A stretch of DNA of 64,000 nt from Candidatus Kryptonium sp. (lineage in GTDB: Bacteria > Bacteroidota > Ignavibacteria > Kryptoniales > Kryptoniaceae). This document shows, piece after piece, positions 38,038 through 52,092 of this stretch; the first letter of the stretch is position 1; the number at the start of each line of letters is the position of its first letter. Under the pieces are notes generated by a model that was not told where the DNA came from, did not search any database, and saw nothing but the letters and a program-made list of their open reading frames with translations. The stretch covers positions 34,861-98,860 of the forward strand of contig JBCNVC010000001.1 in the NCBI GenBank assembly GCA_039630395.1, given 5' to 3'. A program made the position numbers and the translations under genes.

Positions 38038-39160
38038 ATGATTTTAAAATCAATAGAGATAAAAAACTTTAGGAATCACATTCACACTCAAATTGAGTTC
38101 TCTGACAATTTGAATTTGTTCGTCGGTGGTAACGCACAAGGAAAGACGAGTATACTTGAAGCGATTTCTTATCTTTGTTTAACGAAAAGTTTTAACTCAA
38201 ATTTGGATTTATATGTTTTGAACTTCAATGCAAAGATCTTTGAAGTTTTAGGAAAGTTTCAGCTTGACAATGGACATGAAGTGATTGTTAAGGTAAACTT
38301 TGAAAATGGAGTCGGTAAAAGGGTTTTGTTAAATAAAGAAATTGTAGATAAATTTTCAATAATCGTGAACAAACTTCCAATTGTTATTCTCGCCCCCCGA
38401 ACGAAAGAAGTTATCTATGGTTCCCCTGAAGATAGAAGAAAATTTTTTAATCTTTTTATCGCTCAATTAAGCTCTACCTATGCAGATGAACTCCTTGATT
38501 ACCGAAGAATTCTTAAGCAGAGAAATAAAATTTTAAATGCCATAGCGAAAAACGAGATAAAATTTGAGCAAGGTCTTGAACTTTTGAATGTATGGAATGA
38601 AGAGTTCTTAAATTATTCGGCAAAGTTAATCTTTAAAAGAATGCAATTTATAAACGATTTCATTGGTGTTTTCAAAAATGCTTATTCAAATTTTGGTGAA
38701 GTTGAAAGCCCAGATATTGAATATGCCACTCAAATTCAACTAAACACACAAGATGATTTTGAAACCATAAGAGAAAAAATCAGGACAGAAATAATCAATT
38801 TAAGATCTGAGGAAATAAAACGAGGAATCACATTGATTGGACCACACAGAGACGAATATGTCTTTAAAATTAATGGACGTGAACTTAAGCGTTTTGGATC
38901 ACAAGGACAAATGAAAACATTTCTCGTTGCGCTAACAATAGCGAAATTTTTTTACCTGAAAGAAAAAAAATCTGAAACACCAATACTTTTGCTTGACGAT
39001 GTTTTTGCTGAACTTGATATTGAGAGAACACAGAAACTGCTCTCAATCGTTGGAAATATAGGGCAAGTTTTCATAACTGCAACTGATTTAAATATACCTG
39101 TGGAAGTTGAAAAAAGCTTCAAAGTAAAAAAATTTATCGTCAATTCAGGAAGAGTGTTTG

Positions 39161-39168
<8 letters not shown>
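38038..39168 (+). CDS. recF: DNA repair protein RecF
   Basis: NFRN, GNAQGKTSILEAI, GPHRDE, GSQGQ, LLLDDVFAELD. Confidence 0.96.
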
Positions 39169-41559
<2,391 letters not shown>

Positions 41560-41566
41560 GATCTTT

Positions 41567-41592
41567 GAGCAAAAATTTAATTTTGCTCTTTT
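41567..41592 (+). terminator. Weak terminator-like hairpin between gyrB and gyrA
   Basis: GAGCAAAA-ATTTAA-TTTTGCTC followed by TTTT. Confidence 0.45.
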
Positions 41593-41647
41593 AAAAATTT
41601 TATCTAACGAATTAAAACAACGAAAACAAATTTTGAAAAGAAAGTAA

Positions 41648-44080
41648 ATGGCAACAGTTCAAGAGAAAATTCAACCCGTAGAGATCGAAGAGGAGATAAA
41701 ATATTCTTACCTTGATTATGCAATGTCTGTAATTGTCTCGAGAGCTTTGCCTGATGTCCGCGATGGTTTGAAACCTGTGCAAAGAAGGGTTCTTTACACC
41801 ATGTATGAGCTTGGGCTTTTGCACAATAGACCTTACAAAAAATGCGCAAGAATAGTTGGAGAAACACTAGGTAAATATCATCCCCATGGTGATGCTGCTG
41901 TTTATGATACTTTAGTTCGTCTTGCTCAGGATTTCACAATGAGATATCCACTTGTTGATGGACAAGGTAATTTCGGATCAATTGATGGTGATTCACCTGC
42001 TGCGATGCGTTACACTGAAGCGAGGCTATCTGCGATCGCTGAGGAAATGCTTCAAGACATTGAAAAGAACACAGTTAATTTTCGTCCCAACTTTGATGAA
42101 ACATTAAAGGAGCCAGAAGTTTTACCGACAATTCTTCCGAATCTGCTTGTCAACGGTTCAAGCGGTATCGCTGTAGGAATGGCAACAAACATCCCACCTC
42201 ATAACTTAAACGAAATCGTTGATGGATTGATTGCACTTTTAAAAAATCCAGATTTGCCTATTGAAAAATTGATAAAATATGTAAAAGGTCCTGATTTCCC
42301 AACTGGTGGAATAATCGTCGGACTTTCGGGAATTAAAGAAGCATACACAACAGGTAGAGGAAGGATAATCGTCCGCGCAAAAGCAACCATTGAAAATTAC
42401 AAAGGTCGTTCAAGAATCGTAATAACAGAAATTCCATATCAAGTTAACAAATCCTCGCTGATTGAGAAAATTGCAGAACTTGTTCAGAATAAGAAGATCG
42501 AAGATATTTCCGACATAAGAGATGAATCAGATAAAGACGGAATGAGAATCGTAATTGAACTTAGGCGAGATGCCCAACCGGAAGTTGTTTTGAATAACCT
42601 TTATAAACATACCAATCTTCAGTCAACATTTGGGGTTATAATGCTTGCGCTTGTGAATGGGGTGCCGAAGATTCTGAATTTGAAAGAGATGATGACGGAG
42701 TTTATCAACTTCCGGCTTGATGTGATCGTAAGAAGAACAAAGTTTGAACTCGACGATGCTGAAAAAAGAGCTCATATACTTGAAGGATATAAGATTGCAC
42801 TTGATAACATTGATGAAATCGTTGAACTTATTAAAAAATCAAAAGATCCTGAAACAGCGAAGATAAACTTAATGAAGAAATTTAAACTTACAGAGATTCA
42901 GGCAAAAGCAATACTTGATATGAGATTGCAAAGATTGACGGGACTTGAAAGAAGCAAAATTGAAGCAGAATACAAAGAGACGATAAAGTTGATAGAAAGA
43001 TTAAAGAGCATTTTAAGAAGCAAGGAGCTGCAAAAAGAATTGATAAAGGAAGAGCTGCTCAAAATTAAAGAGAAATACGGCGATGAAAGAAGAACGCAAA
43101 TCGTTGAAGATGAAGAAGATTTCAGCGTTGAAGATCTAATAGCGGAGGAAGATGTTGTTATAACGATAACACATAATGGATTCATAAAGCGTTATCCAGT
43201 AAGTGGATACAGAAGACAAAATCGCGGAGGCAAAGGTATCACAGCAACTGCAACTCGAGAGGATGATTTCGTCGAACATATGTTCGTTGCATCAACGCAT
43301 CACTATATTATTTTCTTCACGGATAAGGGCAAAGCTTATTGGTTAAAAGTTCATGAGATCCCCGAAGGTAGCAGAGCTTCAAGAGGTAGATCAATTTCAC
43401 ATCTTATCAACAAAGAACCGGATGAAAAAATAACCGCCTTTGTGGCTGTTAGGGAATTCAACGAAAACTTGTTCGTCACTATGGTTACGAAGATGGGATT
43501 TGTTAAAAAAGTTTCACTTATAGAATTTTCAAATCCAAGGAGAACTGGAATAATTGCTATAAATTTAAATCGTGGTGATCGCCTTGTTGATGCTCGCTTA
43601 ACAGACGGAACTCAAGATTTAATAATTGGAACAAGAAAGGGAATGGCTATCAGATTTAACGAAAAAGATATAAGACCGATGGGTAGACAAGCAACAGGGG
43701 TTAGAGGCATTAAACTTGAAAAAGATGACGAAGTCATTGGAATGATAGCAGTTAAAAGACAAGGTACAACAATACTTGTCGTTACTGAAAAAGGATTTGG
43801 TAAAAGAAGTGATTTGAATGATTACAGAATTACCCATAGAGGTGGAAAAGGAATTATTACAGTTAAGGTTAATGAAAAAACAGGAGATATGATTGCCATA
43901 AAGGAAGTTCTGGACAATGATGACATTATGATTGTGACAGCAAAGGGTTATCTGATAAGACATCATGTTAAAGATATAAGAGTTATGGGCAGACAGGCTC
44001 AGGGAGTTAGACTTATAAAGTTAAACCACGGTGATTCAATTGCATCAGTTGCGAGCGTTGTTACTGAGGAAGAAGATTGA
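41648..44080 (+). CDS. gyrA: DNA gyrase subunit A
   Basis: [13 protein letters not shown], GyrA box QNRGGKG, pinwheel repeats. Confidence 0.98.
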   Translation: MATVQEKIQPVEIEEEIKYSYLDYAMSVIVSRALPDVRDGLKPVQRRVLYTMYELGLLHNRPYKKCARIVGETLGKYHPHGDAAVYDTLVRLAQDFTMRYPLVDGQGNFGSIDGDSPAAMRYTEARLSAIAEEMLQDIEKNTVNFRPNFDETLKEPEVLPTILPNLLVNGSSGIAVGMATNIPPHNLNEIVDGLIALLKNPDLPIEKLIKYVKGPDFPTGGIIVGLSGIKEAYTTGRGRIIVRAKATIENYKGRSRIVITEIPYQVNKSSLIEKIAELVQNKKIEDISDIRDESDKDGMRIVIELRRDAQPEVVLNNLYKHTNLQSTFGVIMLALVNGVPKILNLKEMMTEFINFRLDVIVRRTKFELDDAEKRAHILEGYKIALDNIDEIVELIKKSKDPETAKINLMKKFKLTEIQAKAILDMRLQRLTGLERSKIEAEYKETIKLIERLKSILRSKELQKELIKEELLKIKEKYGDERRTQIVEDEEDFSVEDLIAEEDVVITITHNGFIKRYPVSGYRRQNRGGKGITATATREDDFVEHMFVASTHHYIIFFTDKGKAYWLKVHEIPEGSRASRGRSISHLINKEPDEKITAFVAVREFNENLFVTMVTKMGFVKKVSLIEFSNPRRTGIIAINLNRGDRLVDARLTDGTQDLIIGTRKGMAIRFNEKDIRPMGRQATGVRGIKLEKDDEVIGMIAVKRQGTTILVVTEKGFGKRSDLNDYRITHRGGKGIITVKVNEKTGDMIAIKEVLDNDDIMIVTAKGYLIRHHVKDIRVMGRQAQGVRLIKLNHGDSIASVASVVTEEED

Positions 44081-44140
44081 TTTTTAAATCTCCGTAAATT
44101 AACTTTATCTTGCAAAATAAAATAAAAAGGTGATGCAAAA

Positions 44141-46024
44141 GTGAAAAAGAACAGATGGAAAATTATTTTGATTGTAATATCAATTGTAGGTGCTTTATGG
44201 TATCTTTACCCAACCTACAAAGACATGGGATATCAAAAGAAATTGAGTGCATTGAAAGGTGAAGATAGCTTAAAATTTGTTCAGCAACATCTTGATGATA
44301 TTCAAAAAGTCAAGCAGAAAAGAATAAAACTTGGGCTCGACCTTCAAGGTGGAATGTATGTTGCGCTTGAAGTGGATGTAATTAAAATGCTTGATAACCT
44401 CGCAAAGAACAAGGATGAAACATTTAGACAAATACTTGCCGATGTTAAAAAAGAAGCGCTGGTTTCAGAAGAACCAGCAACATCAATTCTATTGAGGAAA
44501 TTTCAAGAGAAAGGGATAAGATTAAGCAGATATTATGGTGATATTCGTCAAAGTGATGCCGAAATAATTTCAGAACTTGAAAAACAAGCAGAAGATGCGG
44601 TTGATAGAGCCCTTGAAGTTATTAGAAATAGAGTTGATAAATACGGCGTCGCTGAACCATCAATTCATAAACAAGGGGCAAATCGCATTATTGTTGAATT
44701 GCCAGGTGTAAAGAATCGGGAGGAAGTTAGACAACTCCTGCAAAGTACCGCTGTTCTTGAATTCAAACTTCTAAAACCTGTTGATGTCGCGATAAAAGTA
44801 ATGCAATCTATTGATAATTATCTAGCTGGGAAAGGTATCTCTGATACCACGGACACCTCTCAAGTTGCAGTGAAATCAGACACAACGAAGAAAGACACAA
44901 TAAAAACTATTGCATCTGAACTTGGCGTTGATACAACGACCGCTGGATTAGATGAATTTGAAAAATTTAAAAAAGAACATCCATTTTTTGCATATGTCAG
45001 AGTTGATGAGCAAACCGGCATTGGTTTCGTTAATGTGAGGGATAGAAGACTGGTTGACTATATTTTATCACGCCCGGCTGTACAAAATTTAATACCATCA
45101 GATTTTGAGTTTGTGTGGTCCGCTAAGCCTTTCACTGCTCAAGATGGTAATCAGTATTATAATCTTCTTGCTGTTAAAAAAGATCCAGAAATTACTGGGA
45201 AGGTAATAACTGAAGCAAGAGCGACTATTGATCCTGAAAATAATCTTCCGATAGTTATAATGAGAATGAATAGCGAAGGTGCGCGCGAATGGGCAAGAAT
45301 AACAGGTGCAAACATAAATAAGCATATAGCTATAATTCTTGATGGAACTGCTTACTCTTGGCCAGTTGTGAGAACTAAAATAATCGGTGGAAGTTCGCAA
45401 ATTGAAGGGCTTGATTCACCTGAGGAAGCACGACTTCTTGAAATTGTTTTAAAAGCTGGTGCATTACCGGCTCCACTTGAAATAATTGAAGAAAGAACTG
45501 TCGGTCCATCACTTGGTGAGGATTCAATCCAAAAAGGTTTAAACGCTGCGCTTTTAGCTTTCGCTTTGATAACATTGTTTATGATAGTTTACTATTCTAC
45601 GGGCGGGATAGTTGCTAACTTGGCGTTGATTTTAAATATCACATTTATACTCGCAGTTCTTGCTGGCTTTAATGCGACTCTTACCTTGCCTGGCATTGCA
45701 GGAATAATACTTACAATAGGTGTTGCGGTTGATGCTAATGTATTAATATATGAAAGAATTCGCGAAGAGCTTAGCATCGGTAGAACACTTAGATCTGCTA
45801 TAGATGAGGGTTATTCTAAAGCATTTAGCGCAATTTTTGATTCTAACATAACAACTTTTCTAACGGGATTGATTCTGTATAATTTTGGCGCTGGACCTAT
45901 TCAAGGTTTCGCACTTACGATAATGATTGGAATTTTAGCTAACCTCTTTAGCGCAATTTTCATAACTAAAGTCCTATATGACATCTTAGCAGAGAAATAT
46001 CAAGCAGTCATAAAATTTGGATAA
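44141..46024 (+). CDS. secD: Protein translocase subunit SecD
   Basis: LGLDLQGG, GVAEP, IIVELPG, VGPSLG, AVDANVLIYERIREE. Confidence 0.97.
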   Translation: MKKNRWKIILIVISIVGALWYLYPTYKDMGYQKKLSALKGEDSLKFVQQHLDDIQKVKQKRIKLGLDLQGGMYVALEVDVIKMLDNLAKNKDETFRQILADVKKEALVSEEPATSILLRKFQEKGIRLSRYYGDIRQSDAEIISELEKQAEDAVDRALEVIRNRVDKYGVAEPSIHKQGANRIIVELPGVKNREEVRQLLQSTAVLEFKLLKPVDVAIKVMQSIDNYLAGKGISDTTDTSQVAVKSDTTKKDTIKTIASELGVDTTTAGLDEFEKFKKEHPFFAYVRVDEQTGIGFVNVRDRRLVDYILSRPAVQNLIPSDFEFVWSAKPFTAQDGNQYYNLLAVKKDPEITGKVITEARATIDPENNLPIVIMRMNSEGAREWARITGANINKHIAIILDGTAYSWPVVRTKIIGGSSQIEGLDSPEEARLLEIVLKAGALPAPLEIIEERTVGPSLGEDSIQKGLNAALLAFALITLFMIVYYSTGGIVANLALILNITFILAVLAGFNATLTLPGIAGIILTIGVAVDANVLIYERIREELSIGRTLRSAIDEGYSKAFSAIFDSNITTFLTGLILYNFGAGPIQGFALTIMIGILANLFSAIFITKVLYDILAEKYQAVIKFG

Positions 46025-46053
46025 TTTTAAAAACAATTTCCGAGGGATTGAAA

Positions 46054-47007
46054 ATGAGATTTATTGGCAAAACAAATATAAAGTTCATAGAGAAAAGAAA
46101 ATTATGGTATACTGTCTCAGCAATTGTTATACTTGCTGGTTTAATTTCGCTTATTTTTCGTGGGATTCCACTTGGCATTGATTTCCTCGGTGGAACTGAA
46201 ATAATTGTTAGATTTGAAAAACCTGTTTCAATTGGAGAAGTAAGAAACGCAATAGCTCAAATTGGGCTCGCTAAAAGCGAGATAAAAACATATGGAAGTC
46301 GCAACGAAATCTTGATACGAACATCTGAACAAGCAGAAGGAACCAAAATAAGCGAAATGATTTCATCTGCTTTGATATCTAAGTTCAAAGATAACAAAAT
46401 TGAAATTTTAAACGAAGAAAAAGTCGGTCCGCGAATTGGAGCTGAATTAAGAAAGAAAGCAACTTACACGGTTATCCTGTCTTTAATTGTGATGCTCGTT
46501 TATATTGGTTTAAGATTTAAACCGATTTATGGGCTTGGTGCTGTGATCGCTCTCTTCCACGATGTTCTTGTTACACTTGGATTTTGCTCAATTTTTAGCA
46601 CTGTACCATATTTAAATATTGAAATGAACCAAACATTGCTTGCCGCTTTGCTTACGCTTGTCGGTTTATCGGTAAACGATACCGTCGTTGTTTTTGATAG
46701 AATCAGAGAGAACTTAAAACTACACAAAGCAATGGATTTCGTTTCTCTTGTTAACAAAAGCATTAATGAAACTTTAAGCAGAACTATCATAACAAGTGGG
46801 ACGACGATATTGGTTCTTATTGTTTTGCTTATCGTTGGAAGTGAAGTTACGCGTGGTTTCGCCTTTGCATTAATAATTGGTATGATAACAGGAACTTACT
46901 CGTCTATTTATGTTGCTAGTTCAATAGTTGTTGATTTTACTCTCGCAAGGCAAAGAAAAGCAGAAAAAGAGAAACTTTTAAAGAAACAGCCAGTTCCAGC
47001 TAAGTGA
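46054..47007 (+). CDS. secF: Protein translocase subunit SecF
   Basis: GIDFLGG, HDVL, SVNDTVVVFDRIRE, TLSRT, GTYSS. Confidence 0.97.
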   Translation: MRFIGKTNIKFIEKRKLWYTVSAIVILAGLISLIFRGIPLGIDFLGGTEIIVRFEKPVSIGEVRNAIAQIGLAKSEIKTYGSRNEILIRTSEQAEGTKISEMISSALISKFKDNKIEILNEEKVGPRIGAELRKKATYTVILSLIVMLVYIGLRFKPIYGLGAVIALFHDVLVTLGFCSIFSTVPYLNIEMNQTLLAALLTLVGLSVNDTVVVFDRIRENLKLHKAMDFVSLVNKSINETLSRTIITSGTTILVLIVLLIVGSEVTRGFAFALIIGMITGTYSSIYVASSIVVDFTLARQRKAEKEKLLKKQPVPAK

Positions 47008-47030
47008 AATTTGAAACATAAACATATGAA

Positions 47031-48122
47031 ATGAACAGCTCTGAGCAAATAATAGTGCTAAATAGGGAAAAATTTGTTGAGGTTTTAAGTGAACTTTACA
47101 GTGTTAGTAATTTGAATTTTTTGAAACGAAAAATTGCAGTTTTAAAATTATTATTTATGAATTTTCAAAAGGACCGTTTTGGCTTGTTGAATATTGACAG
47201 TGATGGTGATACTATTTCTTTACGCAAGGATATACTACTTTCAGAATTGGATCAAATTTTAGAAGCACGGACACTTGAGCGAGCAAAGTATTATTTAGAA
47301 AGGTTAATAAAAGGAACTAATGAAATTAAAACAAACAAAATTAATGATATAAACCTTTCAAGATGGAAAGAATATGATGAGATCATTACAGATAGCCTTT
47401 GGATTTTTGACAAAAGAGATAGCTCCGGCGCACATCTCGGATGGTATTGGGGGAATTTCATACCTCAAATCCCGCGACAAATAATGTTAAGATATACCAA
47501 GAAGGGTGATTGGGTTTTCGATGCTTTTGTTGGAAGTGGAACCACCCTAATTGAATGCCGAAGATTGGGTAGAAATGGAATTGGGATAGAATTAAATCCT
47601 GAGGTAGCTAAAAGAGCCAGTGAACTAATTAAAAAGGAGAAAAATCCTGACAATGTAATCACCGATATTATTACTGGTGATAGCAGGACAATAAACATTA
47701 AATCTATTTTAGAAAAATATGGTATTAATTACTTTCAATTGATGATTTTACACCCACCATACCACGATATTATCAAATTTTCAAATGATAAAAGAGACCT
47801 TTCAAATGCAAAAAGCATTGACGAATTTTTAAAAATGTTTGGAGAGGTGCTTGATAATATAAGTCCATATTTGGAAAAAGAACGATTTCTTACCCTGGTG
47901 ATCGGTGATAAGTATTTTAAAGGTGAATGGATACCTTTGGGCTTTTATTGCATGAACGAAGTGCTAAAAAGAGATTATTCTTTAAAAAGCATAATTGTGA
48001 AAAACTTTGAAGAAACACGGGGCAAAAGAAATCAAAAGGAACTTTGGAGATATAGGGCACTCGTTGGCGGATTTTATGTATTTAAACACGAATACATCTT
48101 CATATTCAAAAAGAAGAGATGA
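47031..48122 (+). CDS. Amino (N4-C/N6-A) DNA methyltransferase, permuted motif order
   Basis: GNFIPQIP, DAFVGSGTT (motif I), GIELN, then HPPY (motif IV), HEYIFIF. Confidence 0.85.
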   Translation: MNSSEQIIVLNREKFVEVLSELYSVSNLNFLKRKIAVLKLLFMNFQKDRFGLLNIDSDGDTISLRKDILLSELDQILEARTLERAKYYLERLIKGTNEIKTNKINDINLSRWKEYDEIITDSLWIFDKRDSSGAHLGWYWGNFIPQIPRQIMLRYTKKGDWVFDAFVGSGTTLIECRRLGRNGIGIELNPEVAKRASELIKKEKNPDNVITDIITGDSRTINIKSILEKYGINYFQLMILHPPYHDIIKFSNDKRDLSNAKSIDEFLKMFGEVLDNISPYLEKERFLTLVIGDKYFKGEWIPLGFYCMNEVLKRDYSLKSIIVKNFEETRGKRNQKELWRYRALVGGFYVFKHEYIFIFKKKR

Positions 48123-48129
48123 TTAACTT

Positions 48130-49236
48130 ATGCAAACTCATGTTTTCATAGTAAATGATGACACTTTCCCAATTCATTTGCGATATTTATTTGCTGGCAC
48201 AGGTGCTGGAGATGAAGACAACAATATTTCTTTGTTAGCAGATATAAAAAGAGTTAGACCTGGTGATTTCGTTATTTTTTATATTGAAGCCACAACCAAG
48301 GTAAAAGGCGGCTTTTATGGAATCTTTAAAATCGCTAACCAGCAACCCTTAGTATTTCATACACCTGGACAAAATGGGTTTTCCCCAAATTTAAACAAGA
48401 AACTTATTTACAGAACATTAATAGAACCATATGAAGTATATTCAGAAGGAGTCCCAGAATGGGAAGCATTAGATAAGCTTCCAGTTTATGCAACTGAAAT
48501 TCAGTGGAGTTTGATCTATAGAAAATTAAAAGGTAAGAGAGGCTGTACACCTTTGCTCCCTTGGGAAGCACAAAGATTAATTGATATGATAAGAAACAAA
48601 AATTCAGGTAAACCAATTGCTGGCGCTAACTTTAAGGGAGGGTTAGATTGGGATCCAATTGAAAGAAGGATAAGATTAGAACCGAAATCCGAAACTTACA
48701 ATGATTTTAGAATTTTCAATTATAATGTTTTAAGTGATATATGTAATCTGCAGCGAGCAAAAAAATCTTACGAAATTCATCTTCAGTTATATTTCACAGA
48801 AAACATTGGATTTAATCCTCATTTAAATCCAATAGTTGGTCATAACTTAGTCTGGTTTGGGAATGAAGTTTTTTGTGGTGTTGGAATGCAAAAGATAGAT
48901 ATATTAACTATCTGTCAGGGCAATGAAAAAAGAGAATACCGAATAATTGAACTAAAAGACGAACCTATTAAACCAGATATAGTTGATCAAATAGAATACT
49001 ATGTAAATTGGGCTTCACAAAGTTCTGGGAAACATTTAGATGGGGCATATTCTTGGAACATTCAACCTGTAATTGTTGCGCCTTCTCACAAATACAATCC
49101 CCCAAAATGGGATAAAATTGTCAGTGCTTTTAAAGGCTATAACGATAAAGGAATTTCAAAACCGATATTATATTTTGAATTCCTAGTCAATTGTGGAAAG
49201 AGTATTAGTTTTAATAGAGTGGATTATGAAAATTAA
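48130..49236 (+). CDS. EVE/DCD (PUA-like) domain fused to a PD-(D/E)XK (NucS-C-like) nuclease
   Basis: N-terminal 'HVFIVN..VRPGDFVIFY..FYGIFKI'; C-terminal 'GNEV..IDIL..IIELK..QIEYY'. Confidence 0.7.
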   Translation: MQTHVFIVNDDTFPIHLRYLFAGTGAGDEDNNISLLADIKRVRPGDFVIFYIEATTKVKGGFYGIFKIANQQPLVFHTPGQNGFSPNLNKKLIYRTLIEPYEVYSEGVPEWEALDKLPVYATEIQWSLIYRKLKGKRGCTPLLPWEAQRLIDMIRNKNSGKPIAGANFKGGLDWDPIERRIRLEPKSETYNDFRIFNYNVLSDICNLQRAKKSYEIHLQLYFTENIGFNPHLNPIVGHNLVWFGNEVFCGVGMQKIDILTICQGNEKREYRIIELKDEPIKPDIVDQIEYYVNWASQSSGKHLDGAYSWNIQPVIVAPSHKYNPPKWDKIVSAFKGYNDKGISKPILYFEFLVNCGKSISFNRVDYEN

Positions 49237-49250
49237 GCTTGAAAAACTCT

Positions 49251-49619
49251 ATGCAACTAAAAACAAAAAGAGTTGATGATGTTGTAATCGTTGAAATTAA
49301 AGGAAACCTGATGGGGGGACCTGATTCACAGAAATTTAGAGATATTCTGCGCAAACTTCTCAACGAGGGAAGGAGCAAAGTTGTAGTTGATCTTAAAAAT
49401 GTTAAAATAATTAACAGCGCAGGGCTTGGGACATTAATAAGTGGATTGACAACAATGCGAAATAGTGGTGGTGATCTTAGACTTGCAAATCCAAATGATA
49501 AAATTGAATCGCTTTTAAAGATAACGCGTCTAATAAAAGTTTTTGAAATTTACAACTCTATTGATGAAGCGATTGAAAGCTATAAAAAGAAGCCAAAGAA
49601 AAAGCAAATCAAACCATAA
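49251..49619 (+). CDS. STAS-domain anti-sigma factor antagonist
   Basis: VVVDLKNVKIINSAGLGTLI, 'LLKITRL..VFEIY'. Confidence 0.9.
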   Translation: MQLKTKRVDDVVIVEIKGNLMGGPDSQKFRDILRKLLNEGRSKVVVDLKNVKIINSAGLGTLISGLTTMRNSGGDLRLANPNDKIESLLKITRLIKVFEIYNSIDEAIESYKKKPKKKQIKP

Positions 49620-50908
49620 TGCTAATAAAAATTCCTGATGGCGCTGTATGGGTTATCCTCGGCGCTCAATGGGGTGATGAAGGGAAAGGGAAAATCGTTG
49701 ATCTTTTAAGCGAAGACGCTGACATTGTGGTTAGGTATCAAGGAGGTGCCAATGCAGGACATACAGTTTCATTCAATGGGAAAACTTACATCTTGCACCT
49801 TTTGCCGTCTGGAATTTTTCATCCAAATGTTGTTTGTGTAATCGGAAATGGTGTAGTGCTTGATCCAATTGCTTTAATGGAAGAAATTCAAATGGTAAAA
49901 TCCGCAGGTGTTGATATATCGGGACGACTTCTGATAAGCCACAACGCTCATCTAATAATGCCATATCATAAACTTCTTGACAAACTTTACGAGCAAGGGG
50001 ATGGCAAAATCGGAACAACTGGAAAAGGAATTGGTCCAGCCTATGTCGATAAATACGCAAGAGTTGGAATCAAAGTAGTTGACCTACTTGACAGAGAAAT
50101 TCTCCGAAGAAAACTTCGCAAAAACATTGAATCAAAAAACGAAATCATAGAAAAAATTTACGGCGAAACGAAGTTTGATGTTGAGAAGATAATTGACGAA
50201 TATATTGAGTTTGATAAAAAAATTGATGAATATGTCACTGACACCGCCGTATATCTAAATAAAGCAATAAAAGAAGGAAAGAAAATTCTCCTTGAAGGTG
50301 CACAAGGTGCTTTGCTTGACATTGACCATGGAACTTATCCCTATGTGACATCTTCAAACCCAACCGCAGGTGGAGCTTCAACAGGGTCGGGTATTCCACC
50401 AACAAAAATAAACGGAGTAATCGGCGTTATAAAAGCATATATGACAAGAGTCGGAGAAGGTCCATTCCCAACGGAATTAAAAAGCGAAATTGGAAACTAC
50501 ATAAGAGAGAAGGGACATGAATATGGAGCCACAACGGGAAGACCAAGAAGATGTGGCTGGCTTGATATCGTGAGTTTAAACTATACAATTATGATAAACG
50601 GAATTGAAAAACTCGCTCTGACAAAACTTGATGTCCTTGATGAACTTGATGAAATAAAAATCTGCGTTGCTTATGAATTAAACGGCAAAAAACTCAAAAA
50701 CTTCCCAACTGATTCCGAAACTCTTTCAAAGGTTAAACCTATTTACGAAACCTTCAAAGGCTGGAAAACGAAAACTTCAAATATCAAAACCTACTTAGAA
50801 CTTCCATCTGAAGCAAGAGAGTATATTGAAGCAATAGAAAAACTAACTGGGGTTGAAGTTTCAATCATATCGGTTGGGGCAGATAGATATCAAACAATTT
50901 TAAAATAA
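49619..50908 (+). CDS. purA: Adenylosuccinate synthetase
   Basis: GAQWGDEGKGK, GGANAGHT, EGAQG, GTYPYVTSS, TTGRPRRCGW. Confidence 0.98.
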   Translation: MLIKIPDGAVWVILGAQWGDEGKGKIVDLLSEDADIVVRYQGGANAGHTVSFNGKTYILHLLPSGIFHPNVVCVIGNGVVLDPIALMEEIQMVKSAGVDISGRLLISHNAHLIMPYHKLLDKLYEQGDGKIGTTGKGIGPAYVDKYARVGIKVVDLLDREILRRKLRKNIESKNEIIEKIYGETKFDVEKIIDEYIEFDKKIDEYVTDTAVYLNKAIKEGKKILLEGAQGALLDIDHGTYPYVTSSNPTAGGASTGSGIPPTKINGVIGVIKAYMTRVGEGPFPTELKSEIGNYIREKGHEYGATTGRPRRCGWLDIVSLNYTIMINGIEKLALTKLDVLDELDEIKICVAYELNGKKLKNFPTDSETLSKVKPIYETFKGWKTKTSNIKTYLELPSEAREYIEAIEKLTGVEVSIISVGADRYQTILK

Positions 50909-50919
50909 ACACTACAAAC

Positions 50920-52092
50920 ATGCTGAAAACTGTAAACATAAAAAGATTCCTTGTCTTACTTGCGGTCGCCATCGCCCTTGGAATTCTTTACTATACAAAT
51001 GTCATAGTTAAAAATCTTGAACAAAGAGAAAAGCAAATTGCGAATCTTTACGCAAAATCAATTGAATATATAGCTACAGCCCCGGGAACCTCCGAATTCA
51101 CATTTATATTTAATCAGATAATTTTAACCATTGATTTTCCCGTGATCGTAACTGACAGAGATAGGAATCCTCTTTACTATAGAAACATTGATATTGATCC
51201 AAATTTGCCATCAAAACACAAGGAAAAGATTTTACGAAGTGAAATTGCGAAGATGGAGAAAACTTTTGAACCTATAAAGATAGTTTACGGCGACACACTG
51301 ATTTTGAACTATGTCTTTTATGGAAATTCAAAACTTGTAGAACAACTTAAAATTTTACCATATATAATTCTCGTTGCTGCGGGGATTTTTATTCTAATTG
51401 GATATTTGAGCTTTAGTTACATCAAAAAAACTGAACAAAGCAACATTTGGGTCGGGCTTGCCCGAGAAACGGCACATCAACTTGGGACACCGCTTTCAAG
51501 TTTATATGGATGGCTTGAAATTTTAAGGACAAAAATTGATAACGGCGAAGATGTAAGTGATGTAATTCACGAAATTGAAAACGATTTAAACAAACTTAAC
51601 AAAACAGCGCAGAGATTTTCAAAAATTGGTTCGAAACCTGAATTTGTGGAGGAAAAAATTTCAGATGTTATAAGTTCAGTCGTTAGATATTTTGAGAAGA
51701 GAATTCCTCACACCGGTAAAAAGATAGCGATCTCACTTAAGGGAGATCTTGAAGCAAAAGCCTTTATAAATCGCGAGCTATTTGAGTGGGTCATTGAAAA
51801 CTTACTTAAAAATTCACTTGATGCAATTGAAAACAGCGAAGGAAAGATAGATTTTAAAATTCAAGAGAGGAAAAAATCTATCATAATTGATGTATCCGAC
51901 ACAGGGCGAGGTATAAACATGAAATATCGTAAGGATATTTTCAGACCTGGATACACAACAAAGAAACGGGGTTGGGGGCTTGGATTGAGCTTGTCAAAAA
52001 GAATAATTGAAGTTTATCACGGCGGAAAATTATTTCTAAAAGAAAGCAAACTTGGAAAAGGTTCAACTTTTAGAATAGTTTTAAAAAAATGA
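50920..52092 (+). CDS. Membrane sensor histidine kinase
   Basis: ETAHQLGTPLS, ENLLKNSLDA, DTGRG, TTKKRGWGLGL. Confidence 0.93.
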   Translation: MLKTVNIKRFLVLLAVAIALGILYYTNVIVKNLEQREKQIANLYAKSIEYIATAPGTSEFTFIFNQIILTIDFPVIVTDRDRNPLYYRNIDIDPNLPSKHKEKILRSEIAKMEKTFEPIKIVYGDTLILNYVFYGNSKLVEQLKILPYIILVAAGIFILIGYLSFSYIKKTEQSNIWVGLARETAHQLGTPLSSLYGWLEILRTKIDNGEDVSDVIHEIENDLNKLNKTAQRFSKIGSKPEFVEEKISDVISSVVRYFEKRIPHTGKKIAISLKGDLEAKAFINRELFEWVIENLLKNSLDAIENSEGKIDFKIQERKKSIIIDVSDTGRGINMKYRKDIFRPGYTTKKRGWGLGLSLSKRIIEVYHGGKLFLKESKLGKGSTFRIVLKK

